This document shows, piece by piece, positions 1 through 10,624 of a DNA stretch of 64,000 bases. The DNA is from Colwellia sp. (lineage in GTDB: Bacteria > Pseudomonadota > Gammaproteobacteria > Enterobacterales > Alteromonadaceae), in contig JAWUYA010000007.1 of the NCBI GenBank assembly GCA_034111045.1, forward strand, positions 9,134 to 73,133. Direction: 5' to 3'. The position numbers and the translations under genes were made by a program. A model generated the notes under the pieces. It did not search any database, was not told the DNA's origin, and was given only the letters and a program-made list of their open reading frames with translations. Every line of letters begins with the position of its first letter. Positions within the stretch are counted from its first letter, which is position 1.

Positions 1-969
1 TGCGTCATTGGCAATTGCTCCGCCCCAAGGTTTATCGCTTTGCATGCTCTCTGCGCCAATATCGGTAGTAACCGATGGCGTTCCACAGATCATTGCTTGG
101 GCAAGCTTACCTTTGATACCTGCACCAAAACGTAGTGGTGCTAGACAAACGCGCGCCGATTGCATGACAAGTTCAGCATCATCAACCCAACCTTTTACTA
201 AAAATCCTGATTTTTCATCGTGTAATGCTGTCGCTTTGGGCGGCGGATAAGCACCATAAATCCATAATTGGGCGTGAGGTAATTGAGCTTTAATTAAAGG
301 CCATATTTTTTGTTTTAACCAGAGTACGGCATCCCAATTGGGCGCATGTCTGAAGTTGCCTATTGAGATAAAATGATGGCGTTGAGTATAAGCGACTTTC
401 TCTTTGTCTAGCTCTTGCTCAGTAAACATAAATGGGCTGTAATGCACTAAATTGCTAGGCACTTTAAATAAACGCTGTAATAATTCAATTTCAACTGTTG
501 AGATCATTAACGACAAATCACAACGAAATATAGCCGCCACTTCTCGCTTCGCCATATCAGCGTTTAATAAGTCGTTATCGACTAACTCTCGGCCTTGTTT
601 AAAAGCATCATGACGGGCATGGCGTAAACAAAAAAGGTCTTCACTGTCTAAAATACGCAGGGCTTGAGGACAAAACTCAGTCACTCGCCAACCAAACTGT
701 TCTTCCATCATGAAGCGATCAAAGAGCACAACATCAGGTTGTAGCTCTTGAATAAATTGATCAAAGCTTTCACAATTTAATGCTATCGGCTCAACCTTAA
801 TCCCATGTGCCTCAAGATCAACCATATGTTCGGATAGTTGTGCCGGACTGGCAAAAGTAATGTCGTACTGCTGACACTTAAAAAAAGCAATCAGTTGCAT
901 GACTCTTGTGCCCGCAGCAGAAGAATTTGGCTCAGGCCAAACATAGCCAATAATTAACAGTTTTTTCAT
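1..969 (-). CDS. glycosyltransferase, GT-B/group-1-like (partial; C-terminus beyond window start)
   Basis: The reading frame is open from ATG at 969-967 to position 1 with no stop. It is absent from the ORF track because it is truncated at the window edge. My translation is MKKLLIIGYVWPEPNSSAAGTRVMQLI...RFGAGIKGKLAQAMICGTPSVTTDIG. The C-terminal part resembles the sugar-nucleotide binding region of group 1 glycosyltransferases. Confidence 0.55.
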   Translation of the reverse strand, partial: MKKLLIIGYVWPEPNSSAAGTRVMQLIAFFKCQQYDITFASPAQLSEHMVDLEAHGIKVEPIALNCESFDQFIQELQPDVVLFDRFMMEEQFGWRVTEFCPQALRILDSEDLFCLRHARHDAFKQGRELVDNDLLNADMAKREVAAIFRCDLSLMISTVEIELLQRLFKVPSNLVHYSPFMFTEQELDKEKVAYTQRHHFISIGNFRHAPNWDAVLWLKQKIWPLIKAQLPHAQLWIYGAYPPPKATALHDEKSGFLVKGWVDDAELVMQSARVCLAPLRFGAGIKGKLAQAMICGTPSVTTDIGAESMQSDKPWGGAIANDA

Positions 970-1033
970 ATATTCACTTACAATATTTTAGAGCATACTT
1001 TTTTTGAAATACAAACCTAAAATACATCCTTGT

Positions 1034-1066
1034 ATAAAAAAAGCGAGCCAAGCTCGCTTTTTTTAT
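1034..1066 (-). terminator. intrinsic terminator downstream of fkpA (bidirectional hairpin)
   Basis: The sequence AAAAAAAGCGAGC-caa-GCTCGCTTTTTTT forms a 9-bp stem flanked by an A-run and a T-run. It lies 60 nt after the fkpA stop. Confidence 0.65.
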
Positions 1067-1090
1067 TACTCGTTAAGCTTAACTCTTAAC

Positions 1091-1118
1091 GGTAATGGTA
1101 TTGGTATTGGTAATGGTC
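1091..1118. repeat. hexanucleotide tandem repeat (GGTAWT) about 4.6 copies
   Basis: The sequence ggtaat ggtatt ggtatt ggtaat ggtc lies in the fkpA 3' untranslated region. Confidence 0.6.
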
Positions 1119-1125
1119 AATACTA

Positions 1126-1923
1126 TTATTTTACCACTGCAGCTTTTTCAGTTACTTCTGCTGGTACTTTACCTAATTCAACTACCGCCTGTTCTTTTTT
1201 AATTTCTAATAATTCAATTTCAAATTGAAGAACAGCGTTACCAGGAATGGTAGGTGGATTACCTTTTGGACCATAAGCTAAGTCTGAAGGGATGGTAAAT
1301 TTATATTTAGCACCCACTGACATTAACTGAACCCCTTCAGTCCAACCGCCAATAACACGGTTTAATGGAAATACTGCGGGCTCACCCCGTTTAATTGAGC
1401 TATCAAATTCTTCGCCATTTAACAAGGTACCGGCGTAATGCACCACAACAGTATCAGTGGCTAATGGTTTTTCGCCGTCAGCTTCAGTAATCACTTCATA
1501 TTGGATGCCAGAAGCCGTTACTTTAACACCGTCACGTTTGGCATTGTCAGCTAAAAATTTTTGACCTTCGGCAATGCCCTCTACAGAAGATTTTGCACTC
1601 ATTTGTTGTTGCTTCGTTTTCATTTGCTTATCAAGCGTCGTTAATAAAGTTTGGATCTCTTCTTGCTCTAGTAATGATTTCCCGTCAATGCTATCTACAA
1701 ATCCTTGGGTGATAAGATCTCTATCTAACCCTAAACCTAATTTTTTCTGTTGCTCTAGGTTACGTTGCATATACAGACCAATAGAAGCACCTAAACCATA
1801 GGCTTGCTTTTGAATTTCAGTATCAAGTTTGGCGGCTTTAGTTGTTTCTTCTTGCGCTTCTTGACTGCAGCCTAATACTGTCAACATAGCAACAGCAACT
1901 ACTGTTGGTTTGAAAAATTTCAT
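1126..1923 (-). CDS. fkpA: FKBP-type peptidyl-prolyl cis-trans isomerase (FkpA-like, lipobox-containing)
   Basis: The C-terminal FKBP domain reads VVVHYAGTLLNGEEFDSS...GWTEGVQLMSVGAKYKFTIPSDLAYG. The signal peptide carries an LGC lipobox. ATG at 1923 is preceded by GGAG, and the track start at 1944 is a GTG extension. The gene is syntenic with slyX as in E. coli. Confidence 0.8.
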   Translation of the reverse strand: MKFFKPTVVAVAMLTVLGCSQEAQEETTKAAKLDTEIQKQAYGLGASIGLYMQRNLEQQKKLGLGLDRDLITQGFVDSIDGKSLLEQEEIQTLLTTLDKQMKTKQQQMSAKSSVEGIAEGQKFLADNAKRDGVKVTASGIQYEVITEADGEKPLATDTVVVHYAGTLLNGEEFDSSIKRGEPAVFPLNRVIGGWTEGVQLMSVGAKYKFTIPSDLAYGPKGNPPTIPGNAVLQFEIELLEIKKEQAVVELGKVPAEVTEKAAVVK

Positions 1924-2074
1924 TTTTTCTCCATTGGTTAACACAGGTGTAGACTTCTCTAAACCTTGTCGGAATATTTATTCATATTGATATTTTAATT
2001 GCCAAACTACTTGGGAATTAACTAGTAAACACCTTATACTAACGATAAATGCAACAAGAAAAAAGACTTAAATT

Positions 2075-3082
2075 TTGTTGAAATGTAAACACCAAATATA
2101 CCACCGCACTAAAGTTGTCCTTTTAATCATTTTATCCTTGATTATCAGTGCTTGTCAGCCAACGGGTAAGCAACCGCTTAAACGCTGGCAACATGCGATA
2201 GAAGGGGCTTATGCGGGCGATATTTCTAATGATGGTCATTACAGTGTTATTTCTTCTATTCACCATGGCATCAGCTTATGGGACCTAGAAAAAAACGCGC
2301 TGAAATATAATTGGTCACAACAGCAAAATAGTAGCGACAATGTAGTACTCTCACTCGATATCAGCAATAACAACAGCCATGTATTATCAGCGAGCAGAAC
2401 TAATTTTGCTTTATGGAATATTGAAACAGGCCTGTCCGAAGGTTATTGGCAAGTGAGAAACTCCACTATTCGTGATATTGCTATTAGCAATTTTGCTGAT
2501 TATTTACTCATTGGTAAAAGCAGCGGTGATGTAGTGCATGTCTCTATGTCAAATGGTCGTCGCCTTGAATTTTTAGGACACAGCGAAAAAATCAATTCTG
2601 TTGATATGCTACCCAATGGTAGAGTCGCCATTTCAGGGGGAAATGATTTTATCGCTTATGTGTGGGACACAGATAGCGGCCAAGTCATTTATAAATTTAA
2701 CCATGGCAGTAGAGTTTCAAAAGTGGCACTAGATGTTTATGGCCGTTTTGCATTTTCAGCCGACAGTATGAAAGGCGCCCATATTTGGGACTTAAAAACA
2801 GGCAAATTAATAACTCATTTATCAGGATTAAAACGACAAGAAATTTTTAGTACTATAAGATTTTCAAAAGATGGCAAAACGATGCTTACCGGTGCAGCCA
2901 GTAAAAAAGTAAGTGTGTGGGATGTAGCCACTGGGCAACGCCTATCTCACTGGCAAGTTTCACCTAAAGCAAGTAAAAGACCAACGGGGGTTGTTGTGTA
3001 TAGTGTCGCTTTTGGTGATAATGGCAATATATTAACCGAAAGCTCTTCAGGATATGCTGAATTATGGCAAATGCCCCAATAA
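2075..3082 (+). CDS. WD40/beta-propeller repeat lipoprotein
   Basis: The signal peptide has lipobox IISAC. There are repeated units of about 40 aa ending in hydrophobic-W/D (LWDL, LWNI, VWDT, IWDL, VWDV). The start codon is TTG. Confidence 0.6.
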   Translation: MLKCKHQIYHRTKVVLLIILSLIISACQPTGKQPLKRWQHAIEGAYAGDISNDGHYSVISSIHHGISLWDLEKNALKYNWSQQQNSSDNVVLSLDISNNNSHVLSASRTNFALWNIETGLSEGYWQVRNSTIRDIAISNFADYLLIGKSSGDVVHVSMSNGRRLEFLGHSEKINSVDMLPNGRVAISGGNDFIAYVWDTDSGQVIYKFNHGSRVSKVALDVYGRFAFSADSMKGAHIWDLKTGKLITHLSGLKRQEIFSTIRFSKDGKTMLTGAASKKVSVWDVATGQRLSHWQVSPKASKRPTGVVVYSVAFGDNGNILTESSSGYAELWQMPQ

Positions 3083-3312
3083 ACAACGACAATTTAGTCG
3101 CATTACAGGAACAGCGCCTAGACGCATTAGAGTCTCGTAATGTTTTTCAAGACGATGTCATTGAGCCGCTCAGTGAAGAATTAGCTATTCATCAAGAAAA
3201 AATTGCTGCATTAACAGATCAGTTACAAATAGTGACTGCACGTCTAAAGGAAGCAAACTCTTCTTTGTCTGATGCTGGACAAGATATCGAGCCACCTCCG
3301 CCGCACTTTTAA
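3064..3312 (+). CDS. slyX: SlyX family protein
   Basis: The coiled-coil sequence contains LESRNVFQDDVIE and ends in PPPPHF, compared with E. coli SlyX ...LESRLAFQE...PPPHY. It overlaps the upstream gene by 19 nt. Confidence 0.8.
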   Translation: MANAPINNDNLVALQEQRLDALESRNVFQDDVIEPLSEELAIHQEKIAALTDQLQIVTARLKEANSSLSDAGQDIEPPPPHF

Positions 3313-3334
3313 TGGTGCACTGCTGGTTTACAGG

Positions 3335-3535
3335 TTACTGTTTGAATACACCTATCACCTGCTCATGTTGCCGAACAACTTCTTCAACATGAGCTTCAGG
3401 TTGTGTCATCTGTTCACCACAACTGACACACGTTACTGTTTCAACTTCATTTTCTTTGGTTAACGCCATAGTATCTATCGCTTTACATTGAGGGCACATC
3501 GCGCCCGCAATAAATCGCTTTTTTTGTTTAGCCAT
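3335..3535 (-). CDS. yheV: YheV family zinc-ribbon protein
   Basis: MAKQKKRFIAGAMCPQCKAIDTMAL...VTCVSCGEQM...EQVIGVF aligns with E. coli YheV and has two CxxC pairs. ATG at 3535 is chosen over the track extension. Confidence 0.8.
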   Translation of the reverse strand: MAKQKKRFIAGAMCPQCKAIDTMALTKENEVETVTCVSCGEQMTQPEAHVEEVVRQHEQVIGVFKQ

Positions 3536-3663
3536 CACAGTAGACTTCTCACTAATAATAATTTTTATTATTTTACCTTGAAGTACCCCCATAGGAAAAG
3601 AGACAATGTGCAGGCATTTTTAATTCGCTTTAAACAATAGCTAAAATAATAGAGGATTACCGA

Positions 3664-5574
3664 TTGATTACTGCCAGCGACTTAGGACTAGATAGAGGGG
3701 TAAAAAACCTGATAACATCATCTAGCTTCACTATTCACCCTAACCATAAAGTAGGTTTAGTGGGTGCAAATGGCTGCGGTAAGTCGTCACTCTTTGCCGC
3801 TTTGTTAGGTGAATTACAACCCGATACCGGCGACTTATCTTTGCCTGCAAGTTGGACTATTGCGACAGTAAAACAAGAAACACCGGCATTAGAGCAAACA
3901 GCCCTTGATTATGTGATGGACGGTGACAAAGAATTTCGCCAACTTGAACAAAAACTATCACAAGCCAGATTAGATAATGATGGCAATGAGGAAGCGCTCT
4001 TAATTAATAAAATTGACACTATTAATGGTTACAGTCTGCCCGCCAGAGCCGGAGAGTTGTTACATGGTTTAGGCTTTTTACAACCACAGCTTACTCATGC
4101 AGTACAAGACTTCTCTGGGGGTTGGCGCATGCGATTAAATTTAGCACAAGCCTTAATCAGTCGAGCCGATTTATTGTTACTTGATGAGCCGACCAACCAT
4201 TTAGATCTCGATGCTGTGATCTGGCTGCAACGCTGGTTAAAACGTTTTACTGGTACACTGGTGTTAATTTCTCATGATCGAGATTTTCTTGATACGGTCA
4301 TCGGACAAATACTCCACATTGAACACAAAAAAGCCAAGTTATACAGTGGTAATTACACCGCATTTGAACGACAACGTGCCGAACATTTAGCCCAGCAAGA
4401 TGTTCAATATCAAAAACAAATAAAGGAAGCGGCGCACCTTACCGCTTTTGTTGATCGCTTTCGGGCGAAAGCCAGTAAAGCGAAACAAGCACAGAGTCGC
4501 TTAAAACGATTAGAGAAACTGCCTAATTTAGCTCCCGCTCATGTCGATACCCAATTTACCTTTAGTTTTGAAAAACCTGAAACCTTGCCCTATCCATTAT
4601 TAGCACTCAAAGACAGCCAGTGTGGTTATAACCCTGAGACGATTATTCTCAGCAATGTGGCGTTAACTTTGGTGCCTGGCAGCAGAATAGGTTTGTTAGG
4701 TCGTAATGGTGCTGGTAAGTCAACACTGATCAAGTCGCTTGCTGGCGAGTTACTGCTTCAAAGTGGCGAACGTTATTGTGCGCAAGAGTTGAAGGTTGGC
4801 TATTTTTCTCAACACCAACTCGAACAACTTCATCTTACCAGTAGCCCTATTGACCATATTATAAGAGCTAAACCAGAGGTTACTGAATTACAAGCTCGTT
4901 CATTTTTAGGCCGTTTTGGCTTTAGTGGCGATCAAGCATTATCGCCAATCGAAACAATGTCTGGTGGTGAAAAAGCACGTTTAGTGTTAGCTCTGATTGT
5001 GCAAGAAAAGCCACAATTGTTACTACTCGATGAACCCACTAACCATTTAGATTTAGAAATGCGCCAAGCATTAGTCATCGCACTTCAAGACTTTGAAGGT
5101 GCTATTATTTTAATTGCCCATGACAGGTTTTTACTTGAATCTTGTGTTGATGAGTTTTATTTGGTTGCTAATGGCCAAGTCAGTGACTTTAGTGGCGATA
5201 TAGATGATTATCAACAGTGGCTTAATGACGAAAAGAAACAAGTGGCTAAAGGCAATAAAACCGCTAATGAAAACACGGTTGATAAGAAGCAATTACGGAG
5301 AGAACAGGCAGAATTAAGAAAAAAAGCAGCCCCTTTGCGCCAAAAAGCTGATAAATTAGAAAAGCAAATGCAGCAGTGGCAAGATCAATTAAGCGAAGTA
5401 GAAGCGTCATTGTCAAACAGTGACCTGTATCAAAGTGAGCATAAAGCTAAACTGACGCAATTAATCAAACAACAAGCTCACTTAAAAAGTGATATCGAAG
5501 ACAACGAAATACACTGGCTTGAATTTGAAGAAAAAATTGAAGAAATAATGTCACAAGCTTCCCAATGCGGATAA
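3664..5574 (+). CDS. yheS: ABC-F family ATPase YheS (two ABC domains, no membrane domain)
   Basis: Two Walker A motifs (GANGCGKSS, GRNGAGKST) and two LSGG signatures (FSGGWRMR, MSGGEKAR) are present, plus a C-terminal coiled coil. The TTG start has a GAGGA Shine-Dalgarno sequence 8 nt upstream. Confidence 0.9.
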   Translation: MITASDLGLDRGVKNLITSSSFTIHPNHKVGLVGANGCGKSSLFAALLGELQPDTGDLSLPASWTIATVKQETPALEQTALDYVMDGDKEFRQLEQKLSQARLDNDGNEEALLINKIDTINGYSLPARAGELLHGLGFLQPQLTHAVQDFSGGWRMRLNLAQALISRADLLLLDEPTNHLDLDAVIWLQRWLKRFTGTLVLISHDRDFLDTVIGQILHIEHKKAKLYSGNYTAFERQRAEHLAQQDVQYQKQIKEAAHLTAFVDRFRAKASKAKQAQSRLKRLEKLPNLAPAHVDTQFTFSFEKPETLPYPLLALKDSQCGYNPETIILSNVALTLVPGSRIGLLGRNGAGKSTLIKSLAGELLLQSGERYCAQELKVGYFSQHQLEQLHLTSSPIDHIIRAKPEVTELQARSFLGRFGFSGDQALSPIETMSGGEKARLVLALIVQEKPQLLLLDEPTNHLDLEMRQALVIALQDFEGAIILIAHDRFLLESCVDEFYLVANGQVSDFSGDIDDYQQWLNDEKKQVAKGNKTANENTVDKKQLRREQAELRKKAAPLRQKADKLEKQMQQWQDQLSEVEASLSNSDLYQSEHKAKLTQLIKQQAHLKSDIEDNEIHWLEFEEKIEEIMSQASQCG

Positions 5575-5653
5575 CCTTGCTACACTGAAGATATAATGTT
5601 TAACTGATAAATGCTGTTAAATTTAATTATGGTTACTTACATAAGGATTCACT

Positions 5654-6397
5654 ATGAAAAAGCACTCATTATTGGCACTACTCTTTACACTAACATCATC
5701 TTTAAGTTCGTTAGTGTTAGCAAATGATTATGAACTTGGCATATATGAACTCAACCGTGGTCAATTCAAAGCAGCATTAGTTCAATTTGAACCTTTAGCG
5801 ATGGATGGTTTTTCTCCTGCCCAGTATCAACTCGCTATGATATATAAAAATGGCCAAGGCGTTGTACGTAACAATCAAAAAGCGTTTGAGTTATTAACCT
5901 TAGCTGCAGAGCAAAATGATTCAGATGCACAATTTGAGTTATCTTTGATGTACACAGCAGGCGATTTTGTCGAAAAAGATTTAATTAACGCCTTTAACTT
6001 AATGGAAAAATCTGCAAAAAAAGGCCTTGCCAGTGCTCAATTTAATTTAGGAGTGATGTATTCTCAAGGCCAAGGCGTGGCAAAAAACAATTTGCAAGCC
6101 GCTAACTGGTATAAAGAAGCGGCTAATCAAAATTATGCCCTGGCTCAGTTCAACTTAGCACTGATGTATTTTGAAGGAAAAGGGGTTGCAACAAGCCAAG
6201 AGAAATCTTTCATGTGGAATACTATCGCCGCTTATAATGGTTATGATAATGCAGCCAAAAGTCGTGATATGGATGCCCTCAAATTAACGAAAGCTCAAGT
6301 GGCCGCTGCTCAAGTTAAAGCTGATGAAATTTATTATAAAATTATTCAACAAGCAGAAATAATCGCCCAAAAAGCCAACAGTAAACGCTTCTATTGA
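5654..6397 (+). CDS. Sel1 (SLR/TPR-like) repeat protein, secreted
   Basis: A signal peptide is present. The unit AQ(F/Y)(N/Q)L(A/G)xMYxxGxGVxxN recurs about 5 times. Confidence 0.8.
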   Translation: MKKHSLLALLFTLTSSLSSLVLANDYELGIYELNRGQFKAALVQFEPLAMDGFSPAQYQLAMIYKNGQGVVRNNQKAFELLTLAAEQNDSDAQFELSLMYTAGDFVEKDLINAFNLMEKSAKKGLASAQFNLGVMYSQGQGVAKNNLQAANWYKEAANQNYALAQFNLALMYFEGKGVATSQEKSFMWNTIAAYNGYDNAAKSRDMDALKLTKAQVAAAQVKADEIYYKIIQQAEIIAQKANSKRFY

Positions 6398-6607
6398 TCT
6401 CATTTATACCGTTAATATAGCGGCTTAATTATCATCCCTTAGCTCTATAATTAAGTCGTCTATTGATAAAAGTTTTGAAATGACTAATATCTAATGGCTA
6501 ATATCTTCACCAGATCAAATGTTCAGTATGCGCAACTCTTCTTTTTTCTTAACTGCTCACGTACAATAAGTCATCTTCTGCTGAGTTCATCAATTATAAT
6601 TAATACT

Positions 6608-7591
6608 ATGTTGATAAAAAGTAATTTCAGAGCCGCATGGTGGCTTGCTAATCCCCATTTACAAACTATTTCAGCTAAGTGGCTAAGGCGAAAGGAAAAG
6701 CTAGCAACCCTGACTGAAACGTTAGAGCTACCTGATGGTGACTTTATTGATCTGGCTTGGACTCAATTACCCGATGTAAAGAATACTAAACCCATTATAG
6801 TTATCCTCCATGGGCTAGAAGGCTCTGTAGAAAGTCATTACGTTAAGGGCATGCTAGCAACGATTCAACAACGTGGTTGGATTGGTTTATTAATGCATTT
6901 TAGAGGCTGTAGTGGACGTGCCAATCGTTTAGCAACTGCCTATCATTCAGGTGATACTCAAGATATCACCTATTTGGCGAATTCACTTAAAGAGCGTTTT
7001 GATTTATGCCCTTTATTTCTGTTAGGTTATTCACTGGGTGGTAATGTGGTCAGTCGTTATTTAGCTTTGCACCCCAACAACCCTTTTACCGCAGCAAGTA
7101 TTGTTTGTGCTCCCTTGCATTTAGCCAGTTGCAGCCAACGTATTAATAAAGGCTTATCTAAGTTTTATCAGAAGTACTTATTAAACATGTTAAAACATAA
7201 TACCCAACAAAAAATAACAGCAAAATTGATAACTGATATTTGTCCTACGGCTTTGTCAAAAATCAACACAATGTGGGACTTTGATCACATCATTACCGCG
7301 CCATTAAATGGTTTCGCTAGTGCTGATGATTATTATCAACAATCGAGTGGTTTATTTGTTTTGCATCACATTCAACAACCTTGCTTAATTATTCATGCTA
7401 CTGATGATCCTTTTTTACATCATCAGGCGATTACTTTTAACCATATCTTACCTGAAAATGTCATCATTGAAGTCAGTGAACGAGGCGGCCATGTTGGCTT
7501 TATTTCTGGTAAAAACCCGTTCAATCCTATTTATTGGCTTGAACGACGTATTCCTCATTTTATTGAGCAACATTTACCGGAATTAAGCTAA
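6608..7591 (+). CDS. yheT: alpha/beta hydrolase YheT family
   Basis: [13 protein letters not shown]...HGLEGS...MHFRGCSG...YHSGDT...GYSLGGN...DDPF...GGHVGF aligns along its length with E. coli YheT. ATG at 6608 is chosen because the upstream 38 codons of the track ORF have no homology. Confidence 0.85.
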   Translation: MLIKSNFRAAWWLANPHLQTISAKWLRRKEKLATLTETLELPDGDFIDLAWTQLPDVKNTKPIIVILHGLEGSVESHYVKGMLATIQQRGWIGLLMHFRGCSGRANRLATAYHSGDTQDITYLANSLKERFDLCPLFLLGYSLGGNVVSRYLALHPNNPFTAASIVCAPLHLASCSQRINKGLSKFYQKYLLNMLKHNTQQKITAKLITDICPTALSKINTMWDFDHIITAPLNGFASADDYYQQSSGLFVLHHIQQPCLIIHATDDPFLHHQAITFNHILPENVIIEVSERGGHVGFISGKNPFNPIYWLERRIPHFIEQHLPELS

Positions 7592-7833
7592 TGAAAATCC
7601 CAATCGACGAATTATCAGACAATACTTTAACGGCTATTATTGAAGAATTTGTTTTAAGAGAAGGTACCGAATATGGCGAAGCAGATGTTAGTTTAGCGAG
7701 TAAAATTGCGCAAATTAAAGAGCAACTTGCGCAAGGCGCTATCGTCCTTGTTTATTCAGAATTGCATGAAACGGTTAATCTTTTACCTAAAGACCAGTTT
7801 TTACAAAGTCCTGACGAACAAACTACTCATTAA
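7591..7833 (+). CDS. yheU: YheU family protein (UPF0270)
   Basis: [15 protein letters not shown]...[15 protein letters not shown] matches E. coli YheU. Its ATG overlaps the yheT stop. Confidence 0.85.
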   Translation: MKIPIDELSDNTLTAIIEEFVLREGTEYGEADVSLASKIAQIKEQLAQGAIVLVYSELHETVNLLPKDQFLQSPDEQTTH

Positions 7834-8389
7834 AAGTTAGCACAAAGCTTAATGGAACCGCCGCACTAATACTGGGCAGTTTGGCGAGCTCTTGAAGCTT
7901 TTTAACGCCATCACTTAAGCCAAATTGTTGTGCATTTAATAATACCGGTTTCATCGCACTGACCACAAAACTTTTTTCAGACAATTTTGCCACTAATACA
8001 TCAAACATCATTTTTTGTTTTCTGCCATGCAGATTAACTTCTCCAGCAAGTTTTAATAAACCGGTTTGGCCTACGGCAATTAAATGAAATTTTTTCATAT
8101 CAAGCTGGGCATTAAAATTTGCTGTTGGGAAAAGTTTGGTATTAAACAAAAACTGTTTCATCCGGTCATTTCTAATGGCGATATTCGTATCAACACTCAA
8201 TAAATCAATAATGAAACTAATTTGCCCATCATTTGTAAGGCTGCCACTGAGTTGATTAAAATGGTGAGCTTCGGCAATATCTGTATTTTTAATTGAGATA
8301 AAGCTCAAAGAAGAATGGTGATTGTCTAACTGCCAATTACTGAGTGCCGGAAAGGCAACTAAGCCAATAAATAATAAAATAAAACGCAT
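7823..8389 (-). CDS. YceI-like periplasmic protein
   Basis: The signal peptide is followed by [16 protein letters not shown], a typical YceI-family N-terminus. Its size of about 190 aa also fits. Confidence 0.6.
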   Translation of the reverse strand: MRFILLFIGLVAFPALSNWQLDNHHSSLSFISIKNTDIAEAHHFNQLSGSLTNDGQISFIIDLLSVDTNIAIRNDRMKQFLFNTKLFPTANFNAQLDMKKFHLIAVGQTGLLKLAGEVNLHGRKQKMMFDVLVAKLSEKSFVVSAMKPVLLNAQQFGLSDGVKKLQELAKLPSISAAVPLSFVLTFNE

Positions 8390-8433
8390 AATTTCTCCTG
8401 TTGTTAATCTTTTAAATAAACGCCGATAAGTAA

Positions 8434-9252
8434 TTATCTAATCGTCCGATGTTTCTTGATGATGTTTTTCCATGGAAAATCGCTTGAGCCTAAACTTAAA
8501 AAATCAGGATTAAGCAAACTTTCTCGCTTATTGTAGCTCAGTGGCAAGAATTCGCTATCGATAATGCAACCCCCGGCCTGCTCTAATATGCATTGGCTAG
8601 CACCGGTATCCCACTCGCCAGTAACGCCAATGCGAAGATAACAGTCAGCACCGCCTTCGGCAATTAAACAATTTTTCAATGAGCAGCTGCCTAACGCTAT
8701 GTATTCATAACTTTGATCCGTAGTCAGATATTGCCCCATTAAACTCAGCTCTTGGCGACGACTGATAGCCACCTTAATGGCTTTATCGCTATGATATTTT
8801 GCCACATGAATTTGATCACTCGCTTGAGAGTTTTCTTTAAAGGCACCTAAATTTTTTTGTCCGTAGTAGGTGACTTGATGATCTGGCGCATGAATAACCC
8901 CAATACTTGGCCAACCATTTTCGATCAAAGCAATATTGACCGCAAAATCACCGCTACCAATAATAAACTCACCGGTACCATCTATTGGGTCAAGCAACCA
9001 ATACCTATCCCAATGCTTACGCTCACTTAACGGTAATGCCCCAACTTCCTCTGAAATAATAGGAATACCCGGTGTTAATGTTTTCAGCTGGTTCATTATA
9101 ATATCGTTGGCGGCTATATCAGCACTGGTAACAGGGCTATTATCTTCCTTCATTTCAGCAGTAAAATTACCTTGACGGTAATATTTCATGACTTCTACAC
9201 CTGCCTTTTTTGCGCTTTCAATCGCAATATTTAGTAGCTTTTCGTTACTCAT
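8434..9252 (-). CDS. cysQ: 3'(2'),5'-bisphosphate nucleotidase CysQ
   Basis: Inositol-monophosphatase family motifs are present (DNSPVTSADI, WLLDPIDGTGEF, WDTGA). It aligns with E. coli CysQ. Confidence 0.85.
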   Translation of the reverse strand: MSNEKLLNIAIESAKKAGVEVMKYYRQGNFTAEMKEDNSPVTSADIAANDIIMNQLKTLTPGIPIISEEVGALPLSERKHWDRYWLLDPIDGTGEFIIGSGDFAVNIALIENGWPSIGVIHAPDHQVTYYGQKNLGAFKENSQASDQIHVAKYHSDKAIKVAISRRQELSLMGQYLTTDQSYEYIALGSCSLKNCLIAEGGADCYLRIGVTGEWDTGASQCILEQAGGCIIDSEFLPLSYNKRESLLNPDFLSLGSSDFPWKNIIKKHRTIR

Positions 9253-9848
9253 AACGACTCTCTGAATTGGTTAGATTTATTTGAATTACCTGTGGCTTGT
9301 TTGAAAAAATAGTCTTTTATCAGCATTAAAGCGGCCACACTACGTGCTTCATTAAAGTTAGGTTCATCAAGTAATGCCTGATAATCGTCCAGTTTCCACG
9401 GCACCACGGCTAAAGGCTCAGGTTCATCGCCTTCGAGCTTTTCTTGATATAAATCTTGGGCGAGAAATATCGTCATTTTGGCATTAAAAAAGGCCGGTGC
9501 CATCATCACGTCTCTTATCGACGTTAACTGTTGGGCACCATAACCAATTTCTTCTTTCAATTCTCTGTTAGCGGCCTCTGGTGCAAGCTCACCTTTATCA
9601 ATTAAGCCTTTAGGAAACCCTAACTCATAACTATGAGTACCGGCACAATACTCCCGCACTAAGAGCATAGTATTAGCATCTAGCATTGGCACTATCATTA
9701 CCGCGCCACTGCCCGAGCCAAGCATACGTTCATATTGACGCTGCTCACCATTACTAAAGGTTAAATCAAGCTGTTCAATACTAAAGAGTCGACTTTTAGC
9801 CACCCTATTTTGTGCATTGATAATGGGTAATTGTTGCTTATCTGTCAT
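9249..9848 (-). CDS. nudE: ADP compounds hydrolase NudE (Nudix)
   Basis: The Nudix box GLIDKGELAPEAANRELKEEIGY is present, and LEGDEPEPL matches E. coli NudE. ATG at 9848 is chosen because 22 upstream codons in the track ORF are unsupported. Confidence 0.85.
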   Translation of the reverse strand: MTDKQQLPIINAQNRVAKSRLFSIEQLDLTFSNGEQRQYERMLGSGSGAVMIVPMLDANTMLLVREYCAGTHSYELGFPKGLIDKGELAPEAANRELKEEIGYGAQQLTSIRDVMMAPAFFNAKMTIFLAQDLYQEKLEGDEPEPLAVVPWKLDDYQALLDEPNFNEARSVAALMLIKDYFFKQATGNSNKSNQFRESL

Positions 9849-9938
9849 TATTGGCCTTTGCAAAGTACTGATACCAACAGGTATAAATGGTATACTTAGT
9901 GATAACACTATCATACGCTGCTTTTAAGAGAAAAATCT

Positions 9939-10610
9939 ATGCTTGATTGGTCACAAATCAAAACTGTTTTATTGGATATGGATGGTACCTTGCTTGATTT
10001 GCATTTTGACAATAAATTTTGGCTAGAACATTTACCTAAAAGATACAGTGAAGAAGCTAAAATCAGCTTAGAACAAGCAACAGAAAACCTGCACAGCCAT
10101 TACCAAAAAGTAGCAGGCACTATCGATTGGTATTGCCTTGATTATTGGGCCGAACAAACCCAATTGCCCATTATAAAATTAAAACGTGAGATCGACTATT
10201 TAATACAATTGCGTAGTGATGCACATGAGTTTTTAAGCGCATTAAAAGTCAGTGGCCGTGACATTGTTCTGGTGACCAATGCTCACCCTGAAAGTTTGTC
10301 TTTAAAGATTGAGCATACTGAGCTCGATAAGTATTTTGATGTTTTATATTCCACCCACGAATTTGGTGTCACCAAAGAGTCACAACTTTTGTGGCAGCGC
10401 TTACAAGCCAAACACCCTTTTGAACTTAACAAAACCTTATTTGTTGATGACAGCTTACCAATTTTAGAATCAGCGCAATTATTTGGTATTAAACATTTAT
10501 TAGCCATAACCAATCCAGACAGCAGAAAATCTGACAATGTAATTAACCAATTTCCGGCGATTAATGATTATGGTGTGCTATTAAATGATATTTTAAACAA
10601 CCCTGTTTAG
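9939..10610 (+). CDS. yrfG: HAD-family GMP/IMP nucleotidase YrfG
   Basis: VLLDMDGTLLDLHFDNKFW...WYCLDYW...LVTNAHP...FVDDS aligns with E. coli YrfG. Confidence 0.85.
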   Translation: MLDWSQIKTVLLDMDGTLLDLHFDNKFWLEHLPKRYSEEAKISLEQATENLHSHYQKVAGTIDWYCLDYWAEQTQLPIIKLKREIDYLIQLRSDAHEFLSALKVSGRDIVLVTNAHPESLSLKIEHTELDKYFDVLYSTHEFGVTKESQLLWQRLQAKHPFELNKTLFVDDSLPILESAQLFGIKHLLAITNPDSRKSDNVINQFPAINDYGVLLNDILNNPV

Positions 10611-10624
10611 GATTATATAAATGT

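Noticed and set aside
7823-7833. 11-nt convergent overlap of the yheU and yceI-like 3' ends
   Set aside because: Short convergent overlaps are common and carry no evident signal here.
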